From Myxococcota bacterium (lineage in GTDB: Bacteria; Myxococcota_A; UBA796; UBA9615; JAKLKC01): a stretch of DNA of 64,000 nucleotides. Below are positions 52,497 to 63,432 of this stretch, in pieces. Within the stretch, counting starts at the first letter, position 1. Each line of letters opens with the position of its first letter. Under the pieces are notes generated by a model. That model did no database searches. It had not been told where the DNA came from and saw nothing but the letters and a program-made list of their open reading frames with translations. The stretch is from the NCBI GenBank assembly GCA_023150875.1, contig JAKLKC010000024.1:9119-73118 (forward strand). The letters run 5' to 3'. The position numbers and the translations under genes are program-made.

Positions 52497-55400
52497 ATGG
52501 GTTGTGGGTGCGCGGGAGGGTGGGACTCATCGAACGGTGGGGGTTGCCGCAGCGAGTGGGGTCCACCGAGGACGTGCGGTTGTGGGGGGAGTTGCGGGAA
52601 GCCGGCGGCGGGGAGCGGGTGCGGGCTGGCGGGGGCATCGGCCCCTTCCGATGCCGAGCGTCCCGTCCCGTTCCGCGCGGGCCCGGGCCGGCGTCGTCCC
52701 CGCCGGTGGGCACCGGACCCCCACGACCTGGCAAGGGCCCGCCTCGCGTCCGTGCTTCCGTGGCTCCGCCGCGCGTTCGACGAGGCGGACGAGGCCCGTA
52801 GCGAGCTGGCCTCCCGCTTCGTCGGCGTGGACGGGGATGGCGATGGCGGCACGGCCCCCGATCCGCGGACCGATGGGACCGACCGGGAAGTCTTCCCCCC
52901 GCTTCGGCCGAAGCGCCTCCCCGCTGACCGAGAACGCCTGGCGCGGCTCCTGCCCTGGCTCCGCCCGATGCTGTTGGAGGCGACCCTCCGGGACGAGGAG
53001 GCGGAGGCGGACGAGGGAGCGGGGGAGACGCCCGAGGCCCCGTCCCGCATCCTGGGAAGGCCTCTGGTCCTGACCCCCGCCCTCGGCCGTCTCCTGGCGG
53101 AACAGGACCGGGCCCGCCGGGAGTTCACGACCGACGCCTTCGTCGAGTTCGCGCGGACACCGCTCGCCGCGGGGATCGCGCCGCCCACGGTCGCGGTGGC
53201 TCCGCCCTGGACCCAAGGCGAGGATGCGCCGTCGAAGGAGGACGCCAGCTCCAACGGGGGGGGCCAGGGGAAGGGGGAGCCGACCCTTCCCGCGGGAGCG
53301 GGCGGCGAGGCCGGCCTGGTCCTCCCCGAACCCTGGACCGAGGCCCGCACGGGGGTCTGCCACTGGGAGTTCTCGGTGATGGCGGAAGGGTCGTCGCGTT
53401 CCGCGGACGTGACGGACCGCCGCGTCGTCCACGGCACGGCGGCGGAGCTGCTGCGGGACGCGCAACGCCTCCAGATCGGGTGGCTCCGGCAGCCCGGCGA
53501 TGCGGACGCGCACCCGGAGACAATGTGGAAGGGGTGTTGGGACTACGGATCTCTCGACGCGGAGCCGGCGAGCTACTGGAAGTTGGCGAGCGACGGAGTC
53601 GCGGGTGACGCTCTCGGCTGGCCCTGCGTCCCCGGCGCGGACCCGGGGGGTGCGTCGACGTGGGAGGATCCGGCCCCCCCGGGCTGTTCCGACTCGCCGC
53701 TGGCATGTCCAGCCGCGGGATACGTCGGTCCACCGTGCGAGGTCCCGACCCACGTTCCCGCGGTGATGACCGACGTTCTCCACGACCTCGCCGACACTGC
53801 GGCCCCGGGCGGGCAGGTCCCCCTCCCAGTGTTGCTGGGGAGGTCCGATCGGTGCGAGCTGATCGAGGGTACGAAGGAGTGCGATCCCGCCGTTCCCCGG
53901 TACTTCGACTGGCCGTTCGTGGATAGCGATGGAACCATGCAGTCGGGAGAGCTGGCCTCCCGCTTCAACCTCCACTCCGCCGATGATCGCGTGGCCGACG
54001 TGGGCTCGAACGAGGACGTCCTGCTCCAGGAGTTCATGCGACAGCTCCTGCTGGAGGATCCGGTGCTCGGCCAGGTCCGATGGGGCACGGGCCGCTCTCT
54101 TCCCTACCTCCAGCTCGGGAACGAGTTGGTGGGGACGACGGGGGCGCCGGAGCTGGCGTGGCTCATCCTGAGGCTCTGCGAGCTGGCGCACCGCTGCGCC
54201 CCGGACCTGGTGCGGATCTTCCCGGGCCTCGCCAGCCCGAGCAACCGGGCGGCGCCCGGCGACCCGGAGCACTACCTTACGGGGACGTCGGCGGCCTTGG
54301 ACGAGGTCTTCTACCACTTGGTGCGTGCCGCCACCCTGGTCCGGGTCGGGACCGGGGACCCGACGCGGTTCGAGGACGTGCTCCCCGGGATCGGCCTCGC
54401 CTGGACCGACGACACGGACTCCCTCCTCTCCGCGCTGAACGGCGTCGAGCCTTCCCCCGGGTATTCCGTCCTGACGCACAGCCCGGCCGACGTGTTCCCG
54501 CTGGACTTCGCGGCCATGGTGGGCGGCCACGTCGCGGCGATGAAGGCGTGGTGCGCGGCCCACCTCGCCGCGCCCTTCCACGTCATGGACTTCCACTGGT
54601 ACAACAGCCGCGGACACCCGGGGGGGTTCTTCTACCTCCACGCGCTCCGTCCCCTCGCCCGCGCCCTGCGGCTTGCCCTTGGCGCCTGGTGGAACGGGGG
54701 AGCCGCGATCCCCCTCTGGTGTACCGAGACGGGGATCTCCAGCGACCGGAACCCCGAGCATGTGGGTGGGGCTGCGGTGGAGGTGGAGGCCGGTGGAGAG
54801 CACTGGTCCTGCTTCGCCCACCTCGGTCGCTGCACGCAGTACACCGTCGGTCCGGTGGAGCCCGACGACCCCATGGGCGCCCAGGCCGCGGACCTCGAGT
54901 TCCGGAGCGACCCTGCGGCGGTGGCGGCGGCGGTGGCGGGACACGGCCCCGGCTTCCCTACGGTGGCGGTGGAGCACTGGCCGGCCTGGGTGTTCACGTC
55001 GGAGTTCGAGCAGGCAGTCCAAATGTGGTCGCGGCTGTGCTTCCTGGCGGCGAACAGGGTCGAGAAGGCGTGGTGGTACAGCAACGTCGTCGCGGAGACG
55101 ATGAGCGACGGGAGCGCGACCGAGTTCTACACCTATGGCCTGACCGACGACCTGATGGTCTCGACCTTCGACGTGGCGGTCGGGTGCGAGAGCTGCGCGC
55201 TGACGGATCCCTTCACCGACGCCGCGACGCCCTACCGGATGCGGTCGAAGAAGCGGGCGTTCTGCGCTCTGAAGCGGTGGAACCAGTACCTCGGGCGCTA
55301 CCTGTGCGCCGACGTGCTGCTGCGCTTCGACGGCCTGGACGCCGACCACGCCAACGCGAACCAGGGCTTCTACGCGGTCGTGTTCCGGATCGGCGCGGAC

Positions 55401-55934
55401 ACGGACGCCCACCCCTTCGCCCTGGTGACCTGGACCGATCCCCAGGTCTTCTCGGCGTGCGCGGAAGCGGCGGCGGCGGAGCCCCTCGGGGACTGCGTTC
55501 CCCGCCGGCCGGTGATCTTCGTGCCGGCGGATCCGGCGGGTGTGGTCCCCCGGGTGGTGCAGACCATCCCCAGCGAGGAGGAGGTGGACCCCGCGGTGTA
55601 CGACCCGACGGGGGGGACCCCTGGGGCGTGGACGGAGGTCGACGACCCCTGCCTGGCCGACCTCGAGGAGCTGGCGGAGCCGGAAGCGGGCTCGCCGGGC
55701 TATGCCGGTGCAAAGGTGTGGCGGTTCGGCCCGGACCGAGACCTCGCGTACACGCCGGCGCCGGGGATCCTTCCCGAGATCCTGGGGACGCGGGTGGGGG
55801 TGCATGCGTTCCATCCTCCGGTGCTGACGCTGCTTCCGGCGGGGGAGCTGTTCCTCTACGACGAGGCGGAGGGCGCGGTGGAGTCGCTGCGGGAGCTGGG
55901 CTCGGCGGTGCTGAACCCGCCGGGATGCGGGTGA
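52497..55934 (+). CDS. Large (1146 aa) protein of unknown function. It has a Cys/Gly-rich N-terminal 45 aa and a probable GH-A-clan TIM-barrel glycoside-hydrolase-like domain.
   Basis: ATG at 52497 with GGGAGGGAGG 5 nt upstream. The N-terminus is MGCGCAGGWDSSNGGGCRSEWGPPRTCGCGGSCGKPAAGSGCGLAG. LQLGNELVG is a candidate acid/base NEP-like motif. About 200 aa later, PLWCTETGIS is a candidate nucleophile TExG motif. No signal peptide. Confidence 0.55.
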   Translation: MGCGCAGGWDSSNGGGCRSEWGPPRTCGCGGSCGKPAAGSGCGLAGASAPSDAERPVPFRAGPGRRRPRRWAPDPHDLARARLASVLPWLRRAFDEADEARSELASRFVGVDGDGDGGTAPDPRTDGTDREVFPPLRPKRLPADRERLARLLPWLRPMLLEATLRDEEAEADEGAGETPEAPSRILGRPLVLTPALGRLLAEQDRARREFTTDAFVEFARTPLAAGIAPPTVAVAPPWTQGEDAPSKEDASSNGGGQGKGEPTLPAGAGGEAGLVLPEPWTEARTGVCHWEFSVMAEGSSRSADVTDRRVVHGTAAELLRDAQRLQIGWLRQPGDADAHPETMWKGCWDYGSLDAEPASYWKLASDGVAGDALGWPCVPGADPGGASTWEDPAPPGCSDSPLACPAAGYVGPPCEVPTHVPAVMTDVLHDLADTAAPGGQVPLPVLLGRSDRCELIEGTKECDPAVPRYFDWPFVDSDGTMQSGELASRFNLHSADDRVADVGSNEDVLLQEFMRQLLLEDPVLGQVRWGTGRSLPYLQLGNELVGTTGAPELAWLILRLCELAHRCAPDLVRIFPGLASPSNRAAPGDPEHYLTGTSAALDEVFYHLVRAATLVRVGTGDPTRFEDVLPGIGLAWTDDTDSLLSALNGVEPSPGYSVLTHSPADVFPLDFAAMVGGHVAAMKAWCAAHLAAPFHVMDFHWYNSRGHPGGFFYLHALRPLARALRLALGAWWNGGAAIPLWCTETGISSDRNPEHVGGAAVEVEAGGEHWSCFAHLGRCTQYTVGPVEPDDPMGAQAADLEFRSDPAAVAAAVAGHGPGFPTVAVEHWPAWVFTSEFEQAVQMWSRLCFLAANRVEKAWWYSNVVAETMSDGSATEFYTYGLTDDLMVSTFDVAVGCESCALTDPFTDAATPYRMRSKKRAFCALKRWNQYLGRYLCADVLLRFDGLDADHANANQGFYAVVFRIGADTDAHPFALVTWTDPQVFSACAEAAAAEPLGDCVPRRPVIFVPADPAGVVPRVVQTIPSEEEVDPAVYDPTGGTPGAWTEVDDPCLADLEELAEPEAGSPGYAGAKVWRFGPDRDLAYTPAPGILPEILGTRVGVHAFHPPVLTLLPAGELFLYDEAEGAVESLRELGSAVLNPPGCG

Positions 55935-55943
55935 GGGGGGAGC

Positions 55944-57881
<1,938 letters not shown>

Positions 57882-58017
57882 GGTGTGCGCGAGCCACGCG
57901 AGGTTCGGTCCCATCACGAACCGCGTGGTGTTCGTTCGGGATGCCGCCGGCTCGTCGCTCCAGTCCGTCACGGTAGAGTCACGGGGGTCACGTCACGGGG
58001 GTCGCGTACCAGCAGTC

Positions 58018-59439
58018 TCACGTTTCCCCCGCCCCCCGGCCCTTGCCCCGCGCCAGCACCGCCGCGAAGAAGCCGTCGGTCCCGTGGACGTCGGGGGTCA
58101 CCTGCAGGAACCGCCCATCTCCGACCCGGCCGGCGGGGCCGGGGCCGAGGATCTCCGCCAGGGGGAGGAGGGCGAAGCCGGGCTCGGCGGCCAGGAAGGC
58201 GTCGACCACTTCCTGGTTCTCGGCGCGGAGCACGGAGCAGGTGGCGTAGACCAGGCGGCCGCCGGGGGCCACGAGGGGGGCCATGCGCCGCAGGATGGCG
58301 AGCTGCCGCGGGGGGTGGGCGTCCAGCTCGGCGGAGGTGAGGGCGTAGCGGCGCCCCGGGTTCCGCCGCAGGACGCCGCTGCCGCTGCACGGAGCGTCCA
58401 CCAGGACCCGGTCGGCGCGGCCGGCGAGGCGGGCGACCTCCGGCGGGAGGGGGCCGTGGGGCGCGATCCGGACGGCCCGGAGTCGGGCCGCCCCGGCGCG
58501 CCGGGCCCTCCGTCCCAGCTCCTCCAGGGCGGAGCCCCGGGTGTCCAGGGCCACCACCTGGCCGCCGCCCATGGAGGCGCAGAGGGAAAGGGTCTTGCCC
58601 CCCGCACCCGCGCAGGCGTCCACCGCCAGGCCGCCCGGCGGCGGCGCGACGGCCTCGGCCACGAGCTGGCTGCCCTCGTCCTGGACCCAGAAAAGCCCGT
58701 CCCTGTAAGCCTGGAGGCCCTGGGCGTTGACCCGGGACGTCAGGATCGCCCCGTGCCGGGACAGGGGGCAGGGGAGGGCCACCACCCCCTCCCCGGCGAG
58801 GCGGGCGACGAGGCCGTCCCGGTCGATCCGCGCGGTGTTGGCGCGCACCGCCAGGGGAGCGCGGTGGTTCATCGCCGCCGCCAGCGACCGGCCCCCCTCC
58901 TCGCCGTGGTCCTCCAGCAGGCGCTCCGCCAGCCAGGTGGGGAGGGACGCCTCCACCCCCAGCCGCTCCGCCGCCGAGGCGCCCGCGGCCTCGGCCCACG
59001 CGGCGATCTCCTCGTCCTTGCGGAGGAACCGGGCGAAGTCGGGCCGCCCCCCATGCCCCTCCCTCTCCCAGGTCGCCGCGGCGTCCTCCGGCGGCAGGCC
59101 CTCCGCCAGCACCAGCCACCCCAGCCACCGCGCCAGCCCCTCCGGCCCGCCCCGCCCGTCGTCGCCGCCCCGGGCCAGCAGGAAGCCCAGGGTGAGGTCG
59201 CTCCGGAAGAGGCCGTACAGGGCATCGGCCACGAAGCGCCGCTCGCGGCTGTGGAGGTGGCGCGCCTCCCGGAGCATCCGCCCGACGTCTCGCTCCGCGC
59301 CCCCCGGATCCGCGCGGAAGGCGGCGGAGGCCCGGAGCGCCAGGTCCCGGATCCGTCCGGGCCGCGCCGCGGCGAGGACGAGGGGTGTGGGCGTCGCCGG
59401 TCCGCCGGGGTCGGGCGGGGTGAGGGGATCGCGGGACAC
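58018..59439 (-). CDS. rsmB: 16S rRNA (cytosine967-C5)-methyltransferase RsmB/Sun family.
   Basis: The N-terminal NusB-like domain is followed by the MTase motifs VDACAGAGGKT (motif I), VLVDAPCSGSGVLRRNP (motif IV, catalytic Cys) and LVYATCS (motif VI). Start GTG near 59439; the long 5' extension in the ORF track is rejected. Confidence 0.75.
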   Translation of the reverse strand: MSRDPLTPPDPGGPATPTPLVLAAARPGRIRDLALRASAAFRADPGGAERDVGRMLREARHLHSRERRFVADALYGLFRSDLTLGFLLARGGDDGRGGPEGLARWLGWLVLAEGLPPEDAAATWEREGHGGRPDFARFLRKDEEIAAWAEAAGASAAERLGVEASLPTWLAERLLEDHGEEGGRSLAAAMNHRAPLAVRANTARIDRDGLVARLAGEGVVALPCPLSRHGAILTSRVNAQGLQAYRDGLFWVQDEGSQLVAEAVAPPPGGLAVDACAGAGGKTLSLCASMGGGQVVALDTRGSALEELGRRARRAGAARLRAVRIAPHGPLPPEVARLAGRADRVLVDAPCSGSGVLRRNPGRRYALTSAELDAHPPRQLAILRRMAPLVAPGGRLVYATCSVLRAENQEVVDAFLAAEPGFALLPLAEILGPGPAGRVGDGRFLQVTPDVHGTDGFFAAVLARGKGRGAGET

Positions 59440-59757
59440 GGGGTGCCGGGATGGGGTGGAGATCGATGCCGAAGACCCGTAATAGGCACCCCTCCCCCGG
59501 AAGGTCAAACGGGGTCGGACTGGGGGTCTCGCCGCCGGGGCCCCGGACCTCCCGCCCAGGGCGGGCGAGCCCCACTCAGGGGAGCCACCGCCTGGCCCGA
59601 CCCACGACGGGCCTTGACGAGGCGCCCTGGCATCCCGATTGCTGAAGCCCCCCCCGTGCCCGCGCCGATCCTGGCGCGGCGACGCGCCGCCCCGACGGAG
59701 CCGCCCTCCCCGGGGCCCTCTTCGTCCCAGGTCGGGACGCCCGCGGAAAGAACCCCC

Positions 59758-60558
59758 ATGAGCGGCAATCCGGCGGCCCCGGAGTTGTCCCATCCCCTCT
59801 ACCGGGACGTGCTGGGCGAGCTCAACCGCTCGGGCCTGCCCTACCTGGTGGGGGGCGCCTACGCGCTCCGCCACTACACCGGCACCTGGCGCGACACCTT
59901 CGACCTGGACGTCTTCGTGCTGCCCGGGGCCGCACCCGCCCTCCTGGGCGCACTGGAGGAGGCCGGCTGGCGCGGCGAGATGACCGATCCCGTGTGGCTC
60001 GGCAAGGCGTTCCGGGGCGACCTCTTCGTCGACGTGATCTTCAGCTCCCGCAACGGGATCGCCCGGGTCGACGAGGGGTGGTTCCAGCACTCCGAGGCCG
60101 GCGAGGTGCTGGGCGTGCCGGTGCGGCTGATCCCGCCGGAGGAGATGATCTGGTCCAAGGCGTTCGTCCAGGAGCGCCACCGCTTCGACGGCGCCGACAT
60201 CAACCACGTCCTGCGGGTCCGGGCGGACCGGATGGACTGGGACCGGATGCTGGATCGGTTCGCCGGCTGCTGGGAGGTGCTGTCGGCGCACCTGCTGACC
60301 TTCGCGTGGGTCTACCCGACCGAGCGCACGAAGGTCCCCGCCTGGGTCTGGAAGCGGCTCGCCGGACAGGTGGGGGACCTCGCCCGCCCCTCCCGGGAGC
60401 GCCGCCCGGTGTGTCGGGGGACCCTCCTGTCGTCGCACTCCTACCAGACCGACATCCTCGAGTGGGGTTTCCGGGATGCCCTCGAACTCGTCCGAGACCA
60501 GGAAAGAGAGCCGGAAGACCGGGGCCGCGCGCAAGTTGCGGGTGGCTGCCCTCGGTGA
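59758..60558 (+). CDS. Uncharacterised nucleotidyltransferase-family protein (NTP_transf_5-like).
   Basis: ATG with a GGAAAG-like SD. LPYLVGGAYALRHYTGTWRDTFDLDVFV matches the minimal NTase fold (GG...D.D). Confidence 0.5.
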   Translation: MSGNPAAPELSHPLYRDVLGELNRSGLPYLVGGAYALRHYTGTWRDTFDLDVFVLPGAAPALLGALEEAGWRGEMTDPVWLGKAFRGDLFVDVIFSSRNGIARVDEGWFQHSEAGEVLGVPVRLIPPEEMIWSKAFVQERHRFDGADINHVLRVRADRMDWDRMLDRFAGCWEVLSAHLLTFAWVYPTERTKVPAWVWKRLAGQVGDLARPSRERRPVCRGTLLSSHSYQTDILEWGFRDALELVRDQEREPEDRGRAQVAGGCPR

Positions 60559-61249
60559 CCTCCACTGCCGCGAGCAGTCCACCGGCGCCTTCGAGCCCCT
60601 CTTCGCCCGGATCTGCGCCGACTCGGACGTCCTGCTTCTCTGTGGGGACCTGACCGATCGCGGCACCGAGGCGGAGGCCCGGGTGCTGGCCCGGGAGATC
60701 GCCCTGGGCTGCCGGGTGCCGGTGATCGCGGTGCTCGGCAACCACGACCACGAGGCCGACGCCGGTGACGGGGTCCGGAGGGCGCTGGTGGAGGCGGGGG
60801 TGAGGGTGCTGGACGGCGAGGCCTGCGAGGTGGGGGGCGTCGGCTTCGCCGGCACCAAGGGCTTCGCGGGCGGCTTCGGGAACCGCGTCCTGGAGCCCTG
60901 GGGGGAGGACAGCCTGAAGTGCATGGTCCGGGAGACCATGGGTGAGGCGCTGAAGCTGGAGGGGGCCCTGGCGAAGCTCCACGCCGTGGAGAGGAGGGTC
61001 GCAGTCCTGCACTACGCCCCCATCCGCGAGACCGTCGAGGGGGAGCCCCTGGAGATCTACCCCTTCCTGGGCTGCTCCCGCCTCGCGCCCCCCCTGGACG
61101 CGTTCCGGGTGGCGGCCTGCTTCCACGGGCACGCCCACTATGGCACCCCCAAGGGCAAGACGGGGCAGGGCACGGCGGTGTACAACTGCGCCTACCCGCT
61201 GCTCCTGCGGACCTCCCCCGAGCGGCCCTGGCACGTGGTCGAGGTCTAG
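60476..61249 (+). CDS. Calcineurin-like metallophosphoesterase.
   Basis: Motifs GDLHC, GDLTDRG, GNHDH and GHAH. The real start may be GTG near 60542, which would give a 17-nt overlap with the upstream gene. Confidence 0.7.
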   Translation: MPSNSSETRKESRKTGAARKLRVAALGDLHCREQSTGAFEPLFARICADSDVLLLCGDLTDRGTEAEARVLAREIALGCRVPVIAVLGNHDHEADAGDGVRRALVEAGVRVLDGEACEVGGVGFAGTKGFAGGFGNRVLEPWGEDSLKCMVRETMGEALKLEGALAKLHAVERRVAVLHYAPIRETVEGEPLEIYPFLGCSRLAPPLDAFRVAACFHGHAHYGTPKGKTGQGTAVYNCAYPLLLRTSPERPWHVVEV

Positions 61250-61263
61250 CGGGCCCCCGGGGA

Positions 61264-61671
61264 TCAGGACGGATCGGCGTCGCGGAAGTCGATCTCCAGC
61301 ATCATCACCGAGCGCCCGCACCGGATGAGGTCGCCGTCCTTGATGGCGAACTCCTGGACGGGGGAGCCGTTCAGGAGGGTGCCGTTGGTGCTCTCCTCGT
61401 CCTTCAGGCGGAACTCCCCCTGGACGAACGACAGCGTGGCGTGGCGCGCCGAGACCCGGTCGTCGTGGAGCACGAGGTCGCAGCTCCGGCCGCGGCCGAT
61501 GAGGGAGACCGAGTGGGAGATCTCGATGGCCGCGCCCGCGTCGGGTCCCTCCACGACCCGCAGGACCGCGCGCAGGTCCTCCGGGATGGGTTCGGCGGCC
61601 GCGGGGCGCACGGGCTGGTCGATCACGGTCTTCGTCACGTCACGGGTCACGGCGGTTCCGCTCCGGCGCAC
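61264..61671 (-). CDS. FHA-domain protein.
   Basis: SLIGRGRSCDLVLHDDRVSARHATLSFVQGEFRLKDEESTNGTLLNG is the FHA core, with the conserved G-R, S-R-x-H and N-G-T residues. Confidence 0.75.
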   Translation of the reverse strand: MRRSGTAVTRDVTKTVIDQPVRPAAAEPIPEDLRAVLRVVEGPDAGAAIEISHSVSLIGRGRSCDLVLHDDRVSARHATLSFVQGEFRLKDEESTNGTLLNGSPVQEFAIKDGDLIRCGRSVMMLEIDFRDADPS

Positions 61672-61864
61672 GGTGGAGGCCCAGGATAGCCGGACACCCT
61701 CTCCCGGGCAAGCGGGCCCGGAACGTCAAGCCCGGGTCACAATCCGCGTTTCTCTAGCAATTTCAAGGCATTGGAATCGACGGCCCTCGGCGGCGTTGCG
61801 CGCGGCGGAGGGGCGGGCGAAGATCGGGGCCGGCGCGGCGGCGCGCCTGGGAGCGACGGACGAC

Positions 61865-63316
61865 ATGCGGGTGTGGATCGGGGCGCTGCTGCTCATCGCC
61901 GTGACCTCCCTCGGTTGCGCCTCGGCCGCAGAGCGGGCGCGGGCCGCCAGGGACAAGGGGCGCACCGACGAGGCCATCCGCCTCTACCAGGAGGCCCTCG
62001 CGGAGGGGCCCACGGCGGACGTCGCCGGAGAGCTCGCCCAGCTCCACCTGGAGCAGGGCCAGGTCCGGCTCGCGCTGGCGACCCTCCAGGGCGCGGGCGA
62101 CGGCGGGGACCCCGCCATGTGGGCCCGCCTGGGGCTCCGGCTCGCCGAGGCGGGGGAGCTCGCCGCCGCCGAGTCCTGCTACCAGAAGGCCCTCGCCGGG
62201 GACGGCGGGAACGCCCTGGCCCGGGCGGGGCTCACCATCGTCCAGGGGCAGCTCGCCCACCGCCGCCGCATCGAGGCGGTGCGCGCCACGGCCGCCGCCG
62301 ACCTCGCCGCCCTGCGGGGGGCCTTCCGGCCCGGCGTCGGAGAAGGGCCCGCCGGGGGTGGCGTCCAGGGCAGTCCCGTGCGCTTCCGCCCCTACCTCAC
62401 CCCGGGGCTGGAGATCTCCTACTCCCGTTCCGGCGAGACCCGGGGGATGGTCGCGGCGTTCGTGACCGACTACGACCGGCTCGAGCTGGACCTGCGGGAG
62501 CGGGGCGCCCTGGGGGTGCGGAGGGACGGGGACGGCCTGGCGGTCCGGGAGACCGTTGCGTCCATCGACCTCCGCCGCGGGCGGGAGCCGCGCTTCCGCT
62601 TCGAGCCCGCCGCGGGCCAGGAGCCGGTCCTGGAGTACGCCGTCTCGTCGGAGGGCGCGGTGCGGGTGACCGGAGGGGCGGACGCCCTGGCCACCGCCCT
62701 CGAGGTAGCGGCCCGCCAGCAGTCCGTGGCCGTGGATCCCCTGCTCAAGGTCGACGCCGAGGGCCTCCAGCGACGGCTGTTGGGGTGGATCGACGGCGCG
62801 CCGGCCTTCGAGGGGGGACGCCACGCCGGCGAGGCGGACGGAGTGGAGCGGCGCCCCGGGGACCGGTGGTTCGGCCTGGCGGTGCTGCGGACGGGGGCCG
62901 GTCCCACCCCCGTCCACTACGAGGCGGAGCTGGTGGGGTGGGCGACCTTCCGGGGGGTGCCGGTGGCCCGGGTGAGCTACGACTTCTTCGGCCACGCCCG
63001 CCACCGCTTCCGGGGCGACGCCCCCGAGGCCCAGGCCCTCTTCGACCTCAAGAAGGCCCTGGGGGGGGGGCTGGGCCGCTGGGGGGAGCCCGACGAGCCC
63101 TTCAGCGGCAAGGGGACCCGCCTGGTGGAGCCCCGGACGATGTGGGTCCTGTCGGAGCAGGTGCTGGTCCGGGGGTGGATGAGCCTCCCGAACCGGGGCG
63201 GCGGCCGGCGGGTGGAGTACGTCCACGAGGGCCGGTACGAGGTCGAGGGACTGGCCGTCCCGGCCGAGGGTGCCCCCGGCGAGCCCGGCCCGGCGGTGGC
63301 CGCGTCTCCTCCCTGA
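61865..63316 (+). CDS. TPR-containing lipoprotein of unknown function.
   Basis: MRVWIGALLLIAVTSLGCASA is a lipobox. TPR-like helices follow (AIRLYQEALAEG, AAAESCYQKALAGDG). Confidence 0.5.
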   Translation: MRVWIGALLLIAVTSLGCASAAERARAARDKGRTDEAIRLYQEALAEGPTADVAGELAQLHLEQGQVRLALATLQGAGDGGDPAMWARLGLRLAEAGELAAAESCYQKALAGDGGNALARAGLTIVQGQLAHRRRIEAVRATAAADLAALRGAFRPGVGEGPAGGGVQGSPVRFRPYLTPGLEISYSRSGETRGMVAAFVTDYDRLELDLRERGALGVRRDGDGLAVRETVASIDLRRGREPRFRFEPAAGQEPVLEYAVSSEGAVRVTGGADALATALEVAARQQSVAVDPLLKVDAEGLQRRLLGWIDGAPAFEGGRHAGEADGVERRPGDRWFGLAVLRTGAGPTPVHYEAELVGWATFRGVPVARVSYDFFGHARHRFRGDAPEAQALFDLKKALGGGLGRWGEPDEPFSGKGTRLVEPRTMWVLSEQVLVRGWMSLPNRGGGRRVEYVHEGRYEVEGLAVPAEGAPGEPGPAVAASPP

Positions 63317-63432
63317 GCGCGCCCCGGGCGGTAGAGGACGGCGGCGCGCGGGGACCGGCTCGGTGGCCGATCCCCGCGCGCCTTCAGGAGCCCGCCGCCC
63401 CCCGTCGCGAGGGGCGGCGGTTGCCCGGGGGC

